Of a stretch of 64,000 nucleotides of DNA, positions 9,120-18,372 are shown piece by piece. The translations under genes and the position numbers were made by a program. The first letter of the stretch is position 1. The number at the start of each line of letters is the position of its first letter. Origin of the DNA: Escherichia coli (GTDB taxonomy: Bacteria > Pseudomonadota > Gammaproteobacteria > Enterobacterales > Enterobacteriaceae); NCBI RefSeq assembly GCF_036507355.1, contig NZ_AP027877.1; one strand, given 5' to 3'. The notes below the pieces were generated by a model. The model saw nothing but the letters and a program-made list of their open reading frames with translations, made no database searches and was not told the origin of the DNA.

Positions 9120-10419
9120 CATGACAGTTTACGAAATAATGCAGTCCCACTGCGTCATGGTTAATGGTGGCAGTGGTGTGCTAGTTAATGCAATGACACT
9201 GGATTACACATATGTACTGACTGCATACCATGTTATTCGTGACACTCTCGATAATATCGAAGTTACCGATCACAGTGGCAATAAACTTACAGTATTAGCT
9301 GTGCTCCTATATCCAGATATTAAATATTTGAACGAATCCCATAATGATTTCGCAATTTTAAAAATTGAATATCAACCAGAAGTTGCACAAAGTTGTTTTA
9401 CTGCTTCGACGTTGCCTCCTCGTGCTGAGCTTACATTAGTAGGATTTCCAAACACTGAAAGAAGGAGTTCGGATCCTATAAAATATTATGATGGACATAT
9501 GACTAGCGTGGTCGATGAGCTTGTCATTTTCACTGTTGATGGTGTACCAGGCTTAGCCACGATAAAGGGGATGTCAGGTGGAGGTGTATATCACATAGTT
9601 GGTAGAAATACATTTCTTGTTGGTGTTGAGTTTAGGATGGATGGCACTGAAGAGGAACAACAGTTTGGCCGAGTGCAATGCCATAGCTTAGCAAAGTTTG
9701 ATGAAATAATAAGAGCATACGATAGCGCACCGATGATTCCTGCCCATTTGGAATGCTTTTCTCGAATACAAGACAAAATATTTAAATTTAATGTTATTGA
9801 TCAAAACAATGTTCGTAATCTTAAAGATGCGTTAGAAGCCCTTTCCAGATCACTTATAGCTAGTGGGATGTCTCCGCCTTACAAAATCATGGGGCAATAT
9901 GGATTACAGCTTTTGATGGATCCCAAAACTCCTAATGAGCTCAGTAATAAAGAGTTATGGATTTCTTATTTTGAATTTTTAGTTATTTGCTCTGTGATAG
10001 ATAATGTTGGAATTGTGGATGATGCATATATAAAAAGCTTGGAGCGAAAGCGGCGGCTATTATATACCAGTAATGGTGCGAACTGGATTAGCCATTTGGA
10101 AGAACTACTCAAAACGGCACGAAAACTTTTAGATAAGGATGGCACTTTAATCGTTGCATCACCTGATGCTGCTGCAAGTGTCTTGCCTCCGAACTTTCGA
10201 CTTAAAAACGTAATAAGTAATATAGCGGTAGTGCCAAACCAGGGGCCGTTTGCTATCGATGAAGTTGAAAGTTCTATTTATACAAGCTTCAAATTAACTC
10301 ATCTGGAGGGACTCCGCAAAAGCTGCGTAATAGACCGTGAGGATGAATATCTAGTAGTTCCAGCAGGTGTACCACAATTGCAGTTATTTAAGGAGAAGCT
10401 TAATGAAATTATTAAGTAA
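9100..10419 (+). CDS. Trypsin-like serine protease domain fused to a ~250-aa C-terminal domain of unknown function
   Basis: His (LTAYHVI), Asp (NDFAILK), Ser (GMSGGGVY) in S1 order in the first ~170 aa. Start ambiguous (GTG 9100, ATG 9103 or ATG 9121); overlaps or abuts the upstream stop. Confidence 0.7.
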   Translation: MMRLNSNMTVYEIMQSHCVMVNGGSGVLVNAMTLDYTYVLTAYHVIRDTLDNIEVTDHSGNKLTVLAVLLYPDIKYLNESHNDFAILKIEYQPEVAQSCFTASTLPPRAELTLVGFPNTERRSSDPIKYYDGHMTSVVDELVIFTVDGVPGLATIKGMSGGGVYHIVGRNTFLVGVEFRMDGTEEEQQFGRVQCHSLAKFDEIIRAYDSAPMIPAHLECFSRIQDKIFKFNVIDQNNVRNLKDALEALSRSLIASGMSPPYKIMGQYGLQLLMDPKTPNELSNKELWISYFEFLVICSVIDNVGIVDDAYIKSLERKRRLLYTSNGANWISHLEELLKTARKLLDKDGTLIVASPDAAASVLPPNFRLKNVISNIAVVPNQGPFAIDEVESSIYTSFKLTHLEGLRKSCVIDREDEYLVVPAGVPQLQLFKEKLNEIIK

Positions 10420-10942
10420 GGAAGTCGATCTGAGTATTTTAAGTGTGAAATATGATAAAATCAGATTTCACATGTATTGCTCAGATGATCCACTTTCATT
10501 TATTTCCTGTATAGTATGTGTATGTGAGACTTCAGCCGATATTTTGGAGAATTGGCGTACTATTCAAAATGTGGTTTCTGTTCACTATCAACCATCGGGT
10601 GACTTAGCATCTTGGAATATGTATATTGTTTTTTTTACAACTGATGTTTTTCCTGTATGGGAAAAATATGAAATAGAAAACAATAAGTTTGCTGCTCGCA
10701 AGATAATTATTGATAAATTCTCAGGTGCCCCCACCTCTGCTCAGTTAGTTACTGAGTTGCAAAAATATTTGTTGGGAACAGACTTAAGACTTGATCCGCG
10801 AGTCAATGAGTCAAAAGAGGCTTTATTGTCTTTAGATAAATACGTTCGTGGTGCTCCATTAGATTCAAAGAATGAGTCCAGAGAAATCCGCGCCTCCATG
10901 GTCAATGAAATAATTAAATTTTTGAACAAAAATGAAAATTAA
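10403..10942 (+). CDS. Small protein of unknown function (possible adaptor component)
   Basis: 179-aa ORF from ATG 10403 with AGGAG upstream; overlaps previous gene end by 17 nt and next gene start by 11 nt. Confidence 0.55.
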   Translation: MKLLSKEVDLSILSVKYDKIRFHMYCSDDPLSFISCIVCVCETSADILENWRTIQNVVSVHYQPSGDLASWNMYIVFFTTDVFPVWEKYEIENNKFAARKIIIDKFSGAPTSAQLVTELQKYLLGTDLRLDPRVNESKEALLSLDKYVRGAPLDSKNESREIRASMVNEIIKFLNKNEN

Positions 10943-13900
10943 AAAAGTTGAGATTGAAGCATTTCGTGCCTACAAATCTAGGTCAGATGGCACGTTTGAT
11001 TTCACGAATGATGGAGATGTTGCTGCAAATTTTGTTGCGATCTATGCTCCGAATGGTTTTGGTAAAAGCTCCTTCTACGATGCTGTTGAATGGGCAATTA
11101 CCAATCACATGGCAAGACTTGGCGGAGAATATAATAAAGCTAATTATGAGAACGCTGCCAAAATCACCAAGGACGATAATGTTGGGCAAGAAATTTTACG
11201 TAATAAATATGTAGATAAAAATATACGCACAAAGGTAGTGGTATCAACCACTCGACCACTCCCTTTTGAGCGTAAACTACCCAAAGTCAGATCTAATGGG
11301 CGTGATTTGCGATTCGGAGATAATAGTCAAAGAGAAAATGATTTTTTCCGACAAGTGATTCTAAGTCAAGATGAAATTGATAGATTTCTCCGAGAAGCCA
11401 AACCGCAAGAGCGCTATACGAAATTTATGGAAAGTTTCGGTGGAGATATTGAAATTGCCCGTAAAGAGCTGTCAGTACTTATAAATGATAATAAGATTGA
11501 GTTGAATAATCTCAATAAAAAGAGAGAATCTATTCTTGAACAATTAAAACAACCAATAGATTCTTCAATTTTCCAAAAATTCAATTCTATTGCTGTTGAA
11601 TTGAATAAGTTGGGTGAAAATATTCAATTACCTGACGAGAGTTTTTCATCTCAAGATGAATATGCTCTTAATGTTAGTCTTATATCGCGACGCCATGAAC
11701 TCGACTCATCACGTTTAACGAACAATCGAACGGTAGAAGCACTGGAAGACAGGCTTCTAAAAATATCTGAAACTGAATTACATGTCCGCAGTTTAGCAGA
11801 ACAGAATTTACATCTTGCTAAATTAGTGAAAGGAGTGGCCGACGCTGATAGGTACCAATCACTTTTGGATTCATACGAAAAATGTGCAGAAGATCAGAAA
11901 ACCACACACATGCATATGACTCGTATTATAGAAGTGATTGATTGCCTTGATGATTTTCTAAAAATTGAGTCTCATCTTCTTGAGTTGTCTACTAGCCAAA
12001 AGATAATTTCTGAAGAACGCACCAAGATCTGTGCGCAGCTTGCAGGTTTTGAAACAACAATTAATCAATTGAATAAGGAGCTTAAGGCTGTAGATGATAG
12101 GGTCGCTATACTTAGGAAGACCGTTGATAACGCCGGGCAAGTATATTTGGAGCTCGCAAATAACCGGGCTCGGGTAAGTAACCTAACACAGCAAATATCA
12201 AAAAAAGAAGTTTCTATTAAGATAGATAAATCTAGGCTTGGGGAGTTGAATCGTGAGTTGACTAGACTTTCTGAACTCAATATTAATGCCACCTCATTAT
12301 CAAACGGAAATCTAGGGACCTTACTTTTAGAACCTACGAAAGTTGAGCAGCTGACGAGATGTTACGCCGAGTTTGATGTGATTGAATCACAAATTCAAGC
12401 TGTGCATGTTACTCAAAAAGCATTATCTGAACAGATGGAATTGCATGAACGACTGATTGCCATTGGAATTGACTATCTTAGTGTACGACCATCCAGTATC
12501 TGTCCTTTATGTACAGCTCCTCACCCATCTGCGGACGGTTTACTGGATAAAATTAAAGGGCGGAACCTTTTATCAGAATTAAGTGAGGAGAATTCTAAAC
12601 AGCTTTTATTTTTCTCTACACGTCAGAAAGAAATTCTTCAATCAATTCAGGATATTACTCAGTGCGCAATTGATTCAAAGGCTCAGTTGATTATTAACTT
12701 AAACAAGGAATTGAGTGAGACTGACGAGAGACTTACTCTTGCAGGTAGAGATATATATTCAATAGAAGCAGAGTTAAAGACTCTTGAGAAACGGACCACA
12801 GAGTTAGAAAGTTTAGTTTGGGCACTTTCACATGATGAACTGGTATCCCGAATTGAAAAAGAAATTGGTGAGCTTTCAATCAAAAGTTCAAAGCTCCTAG
12901 AAGGAAAAGCATTAATTACCCCTCAGGTTGAAATGCTTAATGAATCACTCAAAGAAAAAGACTCTGCGCAGCAAAAAATAGCTTCGGAGTTGGAAGGTAT
13001 CTTTAGCGGAAATATCTACATTACAGTTTATAAATACTTAAATGAAAATGCGATTTCGTCTTCATCCCTCAAAAGTCATACTGAAAAAAGGAAACTAGAG
13101 ATTGAGGCTGAAATAATTAAGTGTAAAACCACTATTGAGTTTTTGACTGAACAATGTGCTGTTTTACAGCAAAAAATGTTAAGTGATGGTATGTGGGTGG
13201 ATTTTGTTCAGTTGAAGCTGCAAAAAGAATCTTTAGAAATAAGTGTTGCCCGCTCTCAATCAGTAATTAACACGTTTTATGAGAGTTTATCTAACCTTAT
13301 AATTATCCGTCCTGAGTACAGTCTTGAAAAAGTCAAAGAGCTCATAGCTGCGAAAGTTCAGGATTGCCATCTTCGTACGAAAGAATTTGATAGGCTCTCA
13401 AATAATATTAATTTACTCATAGAACTTATGAGTTCGTTTAAGCCATATATTAAACATACAGCTCTTCAGAAAGATTTAATGGCTGAAGAGATGTTAATAA
13501 AACAGCGTGAACGGGTCGACACTACTTTAACCGCAGAAAGAGATGCAATAGTGGATAGCCTGAAACTTCTTATCAATAATTTCTTCTATGAAGATCTTAT
13601 TAATTCTATTTATAAGAAGATAGATCCGCATCCTGCCTTTAAAAAAGTAGAGTTTAAGGCTGACTTTGATTCTGATAAGCCAGGCCTAAATATTGTGGTT
13701 AGTGATGAGGTTGGAGAGCAAATCTCGCCAATACTTTATTTCAGTGCGGCTCAAACGAATATTCTAAGCTTAAGTGTCTTTTTAGCTAGTGCACTTCATG
13801 CGAAAGACGATGAGGGTAATCCCATCAATGTTGTTATGATTGATGACCCAATTCAGTCAATGGATTCGATTAATATACTCTCTACGATAGATCTTTTAAG

Positions 13901-14063
13901 AAGTATATGTGTTCAATTTGATAAACAAATTATTATTTCAACGCATGATGAAAACTTCTTTGCCTTACTCCAGCGCAAAATCCCTGCCCAAATTTTTGGA
14001 TCTAAATTCTTGCAATTGGAAAAGTTTGGTGTAGTCGTCCCGGTGCAACCCTTTGTGAACTAA
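10932..14063 (+). CDS. SbcC/Rad50-like ABC ATPase with long coiled coil and central CxxC zinc hook
   Basis: 1043 aa: Walker A NGFGKSS (Lys codon 11064-11066), Q-loop ILSQDE, CPLC at 12501-12512 (residues 524-527, mid-protein), signature-like FSAAQ, Walker B VVMIDDP, H-loop STHDE. The middle ~600 aa are heptad-rich and Leu/Glu/Lys-rich. Confidence 0.8.
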   Translation: MKIKKVEIEAFRAYKSRSDGTFDFTNDGDVAANFVAIYAPNGFGKSSFYDAVEWAITNHMARLGGEYNKANYENAAKITKDDNVGQEILRNKYVDKNIRTKVVVSTTRPLPFERKLPKVRSNGRDLRFGDNSQRENDFFRQVILSQDEIDRFLREAKPQERYTKFMESFGGDIEIARKELSVLINDNKIELNNLNKKRESILEQLKQPIDSSIFQKFNSIAVELNKLGENIQLPDESFSSQDEYALNVSLISRRHELDSSRLTNNRTVEALEDRLLKISETELHVRSLAEQNLHLAKLVKGVADADRYQSLLDSYEKCAEDQKTTHMHMTRIIEVIDCLDDFLKIESHLLELSTSQKIISEERTKICAQLAGFETTINQLNKELKAVDDRVAILRKTVDNAGQVYLELANNRARVSNLTQQISKKEVSIKIDKSRLGELNRELTRLSELNINATSLSNGNLGTLLLEPTKVEQLTRCYAEFDVIESQIQAVHVTQKALSEQMELHERLIAIGIDYLSVRPSSICPLCTAPHPSADGLLDKIKGRNLLSELSEENSKQLLFFSTRQKEILQSIQDITQCAIDSKAQLIINLNKELSETDERLTLAGRDIYSIEAELKTLEKRTTELESLVWALSHDELVSRIEKEIGELSIKSSKLLEGKALITPQVEMLNESLKEKDSAQQKIASELEGIFSGNIYITVYKYLNENAISSSSLKSHTEKRKLEIEAEIIKCKTTIEFLTEQCAVLQQKMLSDGMWVDFVQLKLQKESLEISVARSQSVINTFYESLSNLIIIRPEYSLEKVKELIAAKVQDCHLRTKEFDRLSNNINLLIELMSSFKPYIKHTALQKDLMAEEMLIKQRERVDTTLTAERDAIVDSLKLLINNFFYEDLINSIYKKIDPHPAFKKVEFKADFDSDKPGLNIVVSDEVGEQISPILYFSAAQTNILSLSVFLASALHAKDDEGNPINVVMIDDPIQSMDSINILSTIDLLRSICVQFDKQIIISTHDENFFALLQRKIPAQIFGSKFLQLEKFGVVVPVQPFVN

Positions 14064-14559
14064 AGTGCTTGCACTGCCTCTAAACAATCTGCATGCACAT
14101 CTCGTTGACTAAATTTGAAACGAGATGTGCATTGCTCGTTATAAAAATAAGGCATGTTCTAATTATCCAATCCCCATCAGTATAAGTGGGTGGATAGATA
14201 TATTTGGCCCCTTTAACAGATATGTTAATTTCCACTTTTCGCTTACAGTGGACCTGCAGCTCAGTAACTTACTCACTTTGTGCTAGGAACGGGCATTGCT
14301 AATAGTCAGAGTGTATGACCTGCTCATCGTTGATTAAGGACAGCGCTGTACTGGTTCGTTGAACCCACGGCTCACAACGGACACTCAGGTTATTATTCCA
14401 ATACGTTTAGCTCAAGTAGTATTACTACGGATAAATCATTTTATGATGGCGTGGAGAACGGGGGGATTCTGAAAATGGTAAGAAGTGAAAGGGCAAGAAG
14501 AGCTTGTTGCAGGTGGACGGACTGGTGAAGATTCCCATCTGGAGGGTGTATGCTGCCAA

Positions 14560-14730
14560 GTTTCCCCGCTTGCTATTGGGGATTTCCCCACCTTATTCCC
14601 CGCGACAAAATCATGTTAAGACCAGCGGATTAAGGAGAAATGATAATTCCCCCGTTTTCCCCGTATTTTCTACTTCATTATGAATGATCTGAGAGAAAGG
14701 AACCGTAGAGGACCGTAGAAAGACCGTAGC
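14560..14730. repeat. Clustered short direct repeats (five TTCCCC motifs at 14561-14663; three ACCGTAG repeats at 14702-14729, ~10-11 bp phasing)
   Basis: Read directly from the sequence in the 840-bp non-coding stretch between the operon and tRNA-Phe. Confidence 0.4.
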
Positions 14731-14899
14731 AGTGAGGTTAGGAAAAGGTACATCAGAGGATGTTGAGGTGTCTAAAAGTAACGAACATCTGCGAAAATGG
14801 CGAGAAATCCAGCAAACAAATAACGTGTTGCAACGACCAGAAATCTACCGTAGCCAAGAAAGGAAAAAGCCCCGCTTTGCAGCGAGGCCTTATGAATAT

Positions 14900-14975
14900 T
14901 GGTGCCCGGACTCGGAATCGAACCAAGGACACGGGGATTTTCAATCCCCTGCTCTACCGACTGAGCTATCCGGGC
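14900..14975 (-). tRNA. pheV: tRNA-Phe (GAA anticodon)
   Basis: Reverse complement reads GCCCGGATAGCTCAGTCGGTAGAGCAGGGGATTGAAAATCCCCGTGTCCTTGGTTCGATTCCGAGTCCGGGCACCA, the E. coli tRNA-Phe as I remember it; position next to yqgA-speC indicates pheV. Confidence 0.95.
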
Positions 14976-15080
14976 AACGGGGCGCATTAAACCTGATTCG
15001 CCTCGTCTCGTCAATCAAATTTCTTCAATTTACTGCAGACTGCACAATCTATCATCACTTTGCCGCTATTGCACGCATTG

Positions 15081-15790
15081 TCAGGCAAACCAGGCGGTCC
15101 AGGTGGCGGAAAGCGGCATTGCCAGAAGGAGTGCTGGAAGCATGTTGACCACCGGGAACATTTTAATGCCACAGATGCGTAATCCGGTTGCCAGCAGCAA
15201 TAAACCGCCTACGGCGCTGAAGTCTGCCATCATCGACGGTGTGGTCAGCGGTAATATCAGCGCGGCAGCCCACGCCAGCGTTAACTGGATGATCAGTAAT
15301 GGGATACTAATTACCGACACCGCAATACCCAGCGAGCAGGCGAAGATCATCGCCGTAAAGAAATCAAGAAATGACTTGGCGATTAAAATACTCGGATCGC
15401 CGGTCATCCCTTCGTTCATCGCCCCGAAGATCCCGGTGCCGCTGGCGCAAAACAGGACAATAATCGCGACATAATTCTGAATAAAAGATTCATGCGCTGG
15501 CTTCTTACGTGAGTGACGAAACAGATTTTGTGCTTTGGCGACCGCTGTATTGACGCCTTTCTCCAGCAGACAAATTTCGCCGATTAATGCTCCGAGTAAG
15601 GTTGCTAAAACCATCGCCGGAAGGTTGGCGCATTTCACCACCAGTAAAATACCAATCCCCAGCGATGCCAGACCAAAAATAGATGTCATGGAGACGCGCG
15701 GATACGTTCCGGTAAGCGTTGGCTGAGCAGTGCGCCGAGAACGCCACCCAGTAATACTGCACTAGCGTTGATAAAAGGGCCGATGACCAC
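15081..15790 (-). pseudogene. yqgA: DUF554 inner-membrane protein, apparently frameshifted near codon 33
   Basis: 202-aa ORF (15081-15689). The 101 nt upstream (15690-15790, GTG start) encode a hydrophobic N-terminus in another frame ending in a stop. 33+202 = 235 aa, the length I recall for YqgA. Confidence 0.55.
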
Positions 15791-16187
15791 AAGAGTTCCT
15801 GTTAACTGTATTGTTTGATTTTCTTATTATGAACTTTTTGCCTTGTTGATGGCTTGTCTGGTCGCAAAGTCCTGGCTTGCACGCTTTAGCGAAAGGTGCC
15901 ATGATTGCGCGAATTTTCTCCTCTCTGTACGGAGTTTGCCCGATGCACGCCACCTCCTTACATTCTCTCGCTTATCGCCGCTTCGCGCGAAACTCTTCTC
16001 TTTTTATGCTACTGCTCATGCGGTGAAGTTAGCGCACGCTCACTGCAGGACAACAGTAAAATCAGAGCGTTTCTGCTTTTACTGATGTCTGGCGGTCGGA
16101 GCTGGTGACCAGTTTGACCCATATCTCATGGGGCAGGGTTTTCCACCTTGTCCGGTATTCTTACTTCCCCGAAACGGGTTTGCGCTT

Positions 16188-18323
16188 ATGAAATCAATGA
16201 ATATTGCCGCCAGTAGTGAACTGGTATCCCGACTTTCTACTCATCGCCGCGTGGTGGCGTTGGGAGATACTGATTTTACGGACGTCGCGGCAGTCGTCAT
16301 TACCGCTGCGGATAGTCGCAGTGGCATTCTTACGTTGCTTAAGCGCACCGGTTTTCATCTACCGGTGTTTTTGTATTCCGAACATGCTGTTGAATTACCT
16401 GCGGGCGTTACGGCGGTAATCAACGGCAACGAGCAGCATTGGCTGGAGCTGGAATCCGCAGCCTGTCAGTATGAAGAGAATTTGCTGCCACCGTTTTATG
16501 ACACGCTGACACAGTACGTTGAGATGGGCAACAGCACCTTTGCTTGCCCTGGGCATCAACATGGTGCGTTTTTTAAAAAGCATCCTGCCGGACGCCATTT
16601 TTACGATTTCTTTGGTAAGAACGTCTTTCGCGCCGATATGTGTAATGCTGACGTAAAATTGGGCGATCTGCTTATTCATGAAGGATCGGCGAAAGATGCG
16701 CAGAAATTCGCAGCCAAAGTCTTTCATGCCGATAAAACCTATTTTGTGCTGAACGGCACATCGGCAGCGAATAAAGTGGTGACGAATGCGCTGTTAACGC
16801 GTGGCGATCTGGTGCTCTTCGACCGTAACAACCATAAGTCGAATCATCACGGCGCGTTGATTCAGGCGGGGGCGACGCCGGTCTATCTGGAAGCTTCACG
16901 TAACCCGTTTGGTTTCATTGGCGGTATTGATGCGCACTGTTTTAATGAAGAGTATCTGCGCCAGCAAATTCGCGACGTTGCGCCAGAAAAAGCCGACCTG
17001 CCGCGCCCGTTTCGCCTGGCGATTATTCAGCTGGGAACCTATGACGGCACTGTCTATAACGCCCGTCAGGTGATCGATACCATTGGGCATCTGTGTGATT
17101 ACATTCTGTTTGATTCCGCGTGGGTCGGTTATGAACAATTTATCCCGATGATGGCAGATAGCTCGCCGCTGCTGTTAGAACTTAACGAAAACGATCCGGG
17201 GATTTTTGTGACCCAGTCGGTGCACAAACAGCAGGCTGGACTCTCACAGACGTCGCAGATCCATAAAAAAGATAACCATATCCGCGGACAGGCGCGTTTT
17301 TGCCCGCATAAGCGGTTGAATAACGCCTTTATGCTCCATGCTTCTACCAGCCCTTTCTATCCGCTGTTTGCTGCACTGGATGTTAACGCCAAAATTCATG
17401 AAGGGGAGAGTGGGCGTCGGCTGTGGGCTGAGTGCGTTGAGTTGGGTATTGAGTCGCGCAAGGCTATTCTTGCGCGCTGTAAGCTGTTCCGCCCGTTTAT
17501 CCCGCCCGTTGTTGATGGCAAATTGTGGCAGGATTATCCGACATCAGTGTTAGCCAGCGACCGCCGTTTTTTCAGTTTTGAGCCGGGGGCGAAGTGGCAC
17601 GGCTTTGAAGGATATGCCGCGGATCAGTATTTTGTTGATCCGTGCAAGCTGTTACTCACTACACCAGGTATCGATGCCGAAACCGGCGAATATAGCGACT
17701 TTGGCGTTCCGGCGACGATTCTGGCGCACTATCTGCGTGAGAACGGCATTGTGCCGGAGAAGTGCGATCTCAACTCCATTCTGTTCTTATTAACTCCGGC
17801 GGAAAGCCACGAGAAGCTGGCACAACTGGTGGCGATGCTGGCGCAATTTGAACAGCATATTGAGGATGACTCGCCGCTGGTTGAGGTGTTGCCGAGCGTT
17901 TATAACAAATATCCGGTGCGCTATCGCGACTACACCCTGCGCCAGTTGTGTCAGGAGATGCACGATCTGTATGTCAGTTTCGACGTCAAAGACCTACAAA
18001 AAGCGATGTTCCGCCAGCAGAGTTTCCCGTCAGTGGTGATGAACCCCCAGGATGCGCATAGCGCTTATATTCGCGGTGACGTGGAGTTGGTGCGGATTCG
18101 TGATGCCGAAGGGCGAATTGCGGCAGAAGGGGCGTTGCCTTATCCACCTGGCGTGCTTTGCGTGGTACCCGGGGAAGTCTGGGGTGGGGCGGTTCAACGT
18201 TATTTCCTTGCGCTGGAAGAAGGGGTGAATTTGTTGCCGGGATTTTCGCCGGAGCTGCAAGGTGTTTATAGCGAAACCGATGCGGATGGCATGAAACGGT
18301 TGTACGGTTATGTGTTGAAGTAA
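16188..18323 (+). CDS. speC: Ornithine decarboxylase, constitutive
   Basis: 711 aa from MKSMNIAASSELVSRL...; protein sequence recognised. Confidence 0.95.
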   Translation: MKSMNIAASSELVSRLSTHRRVVALGDTDFTDVAAVVITAADSRSGILTLLKRTGFHLPVFLYSEHAVELPAGVTAVINGNEQHWLELESAACQYEENLLPPFYDTLTQYVEMGNSTFACPGHQHGAFFKKHPAGRHFYDFFGKNVFRADMCNADVKLGDLLIHEGSAKDAQKFAAKVFHADKTYFVLNGTSAANKVVTNALLTRGDLVLFDRNNHKSNHHGALIQAGATPVYLEASRNPFGFIGGIDAHCFNEEYLRQQIRDVAPEKADLPRPFRLAIIQLGTYDGTVYNARQVIDTIGHLCDYILFDSAWVGYEQFIPMMADSSPLLLELNENDPGIFVTQSVHKQQAGLSQTSQIHKKDNHIRGQARFCPHKRLNNAFMLHASTSPFYPLFAALDVNAKIHEGESGRRLWAECVELGIESRKAILARCKLFRPFIPPVVDGKLWQDYPTSVLASDRRFFSFEPGAKWHGFEGYAADQYFVDPCKLLLTTPGIDAETGEYSDFGVPATILAHYLRENGIVPEKCDLNSILFLLTPAESHEKLAQLVAMLAQFEQHIEDDSPLVEVLPSVYNKYPVRYRDYTLRQLCQEMHDLYVSFDVKDLQKAMFRQQSFPSVVMNPQDAHSAYIRGDVELVRIRDAEGRIAAEGALPYPPGVLCVVPGEVWGGAVQRYFLALEEGVNLLPGFSPELQGVYSETDADGMKRLYGYVLK

Positions 18324-18333
18324 GAATAAAAAA

Positions 18334-18364
18334 AACGGGTCACCTTCTGGCGACCCGTTTTTCT
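18334..18364. terminator. Bidirectional intrinsic terminator between convergent speC and nupG
   Basis: A-run, CGGGTCACCTTCTGGCGACCCG hairpin, T-run. Confidence 0.6.
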
Positions 18365-18372
18365 TTGCGTAA

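Noticed and set aside
10948-11214. 88-aa ORF overlapping the start of the Rad50-like ATPase gene in another frame
   Set aside because: Entirely internal to a gene with strong motif support; Met/Leu-rich low-complexity translation.
14732-15148. ORFs of 76-138 aa overlapping tRNA-Phe on both strands
   Set aside because: They run through the tRNA gene and the yqgA 3' end; no start signals; the tRNA assignment is unambiguous.
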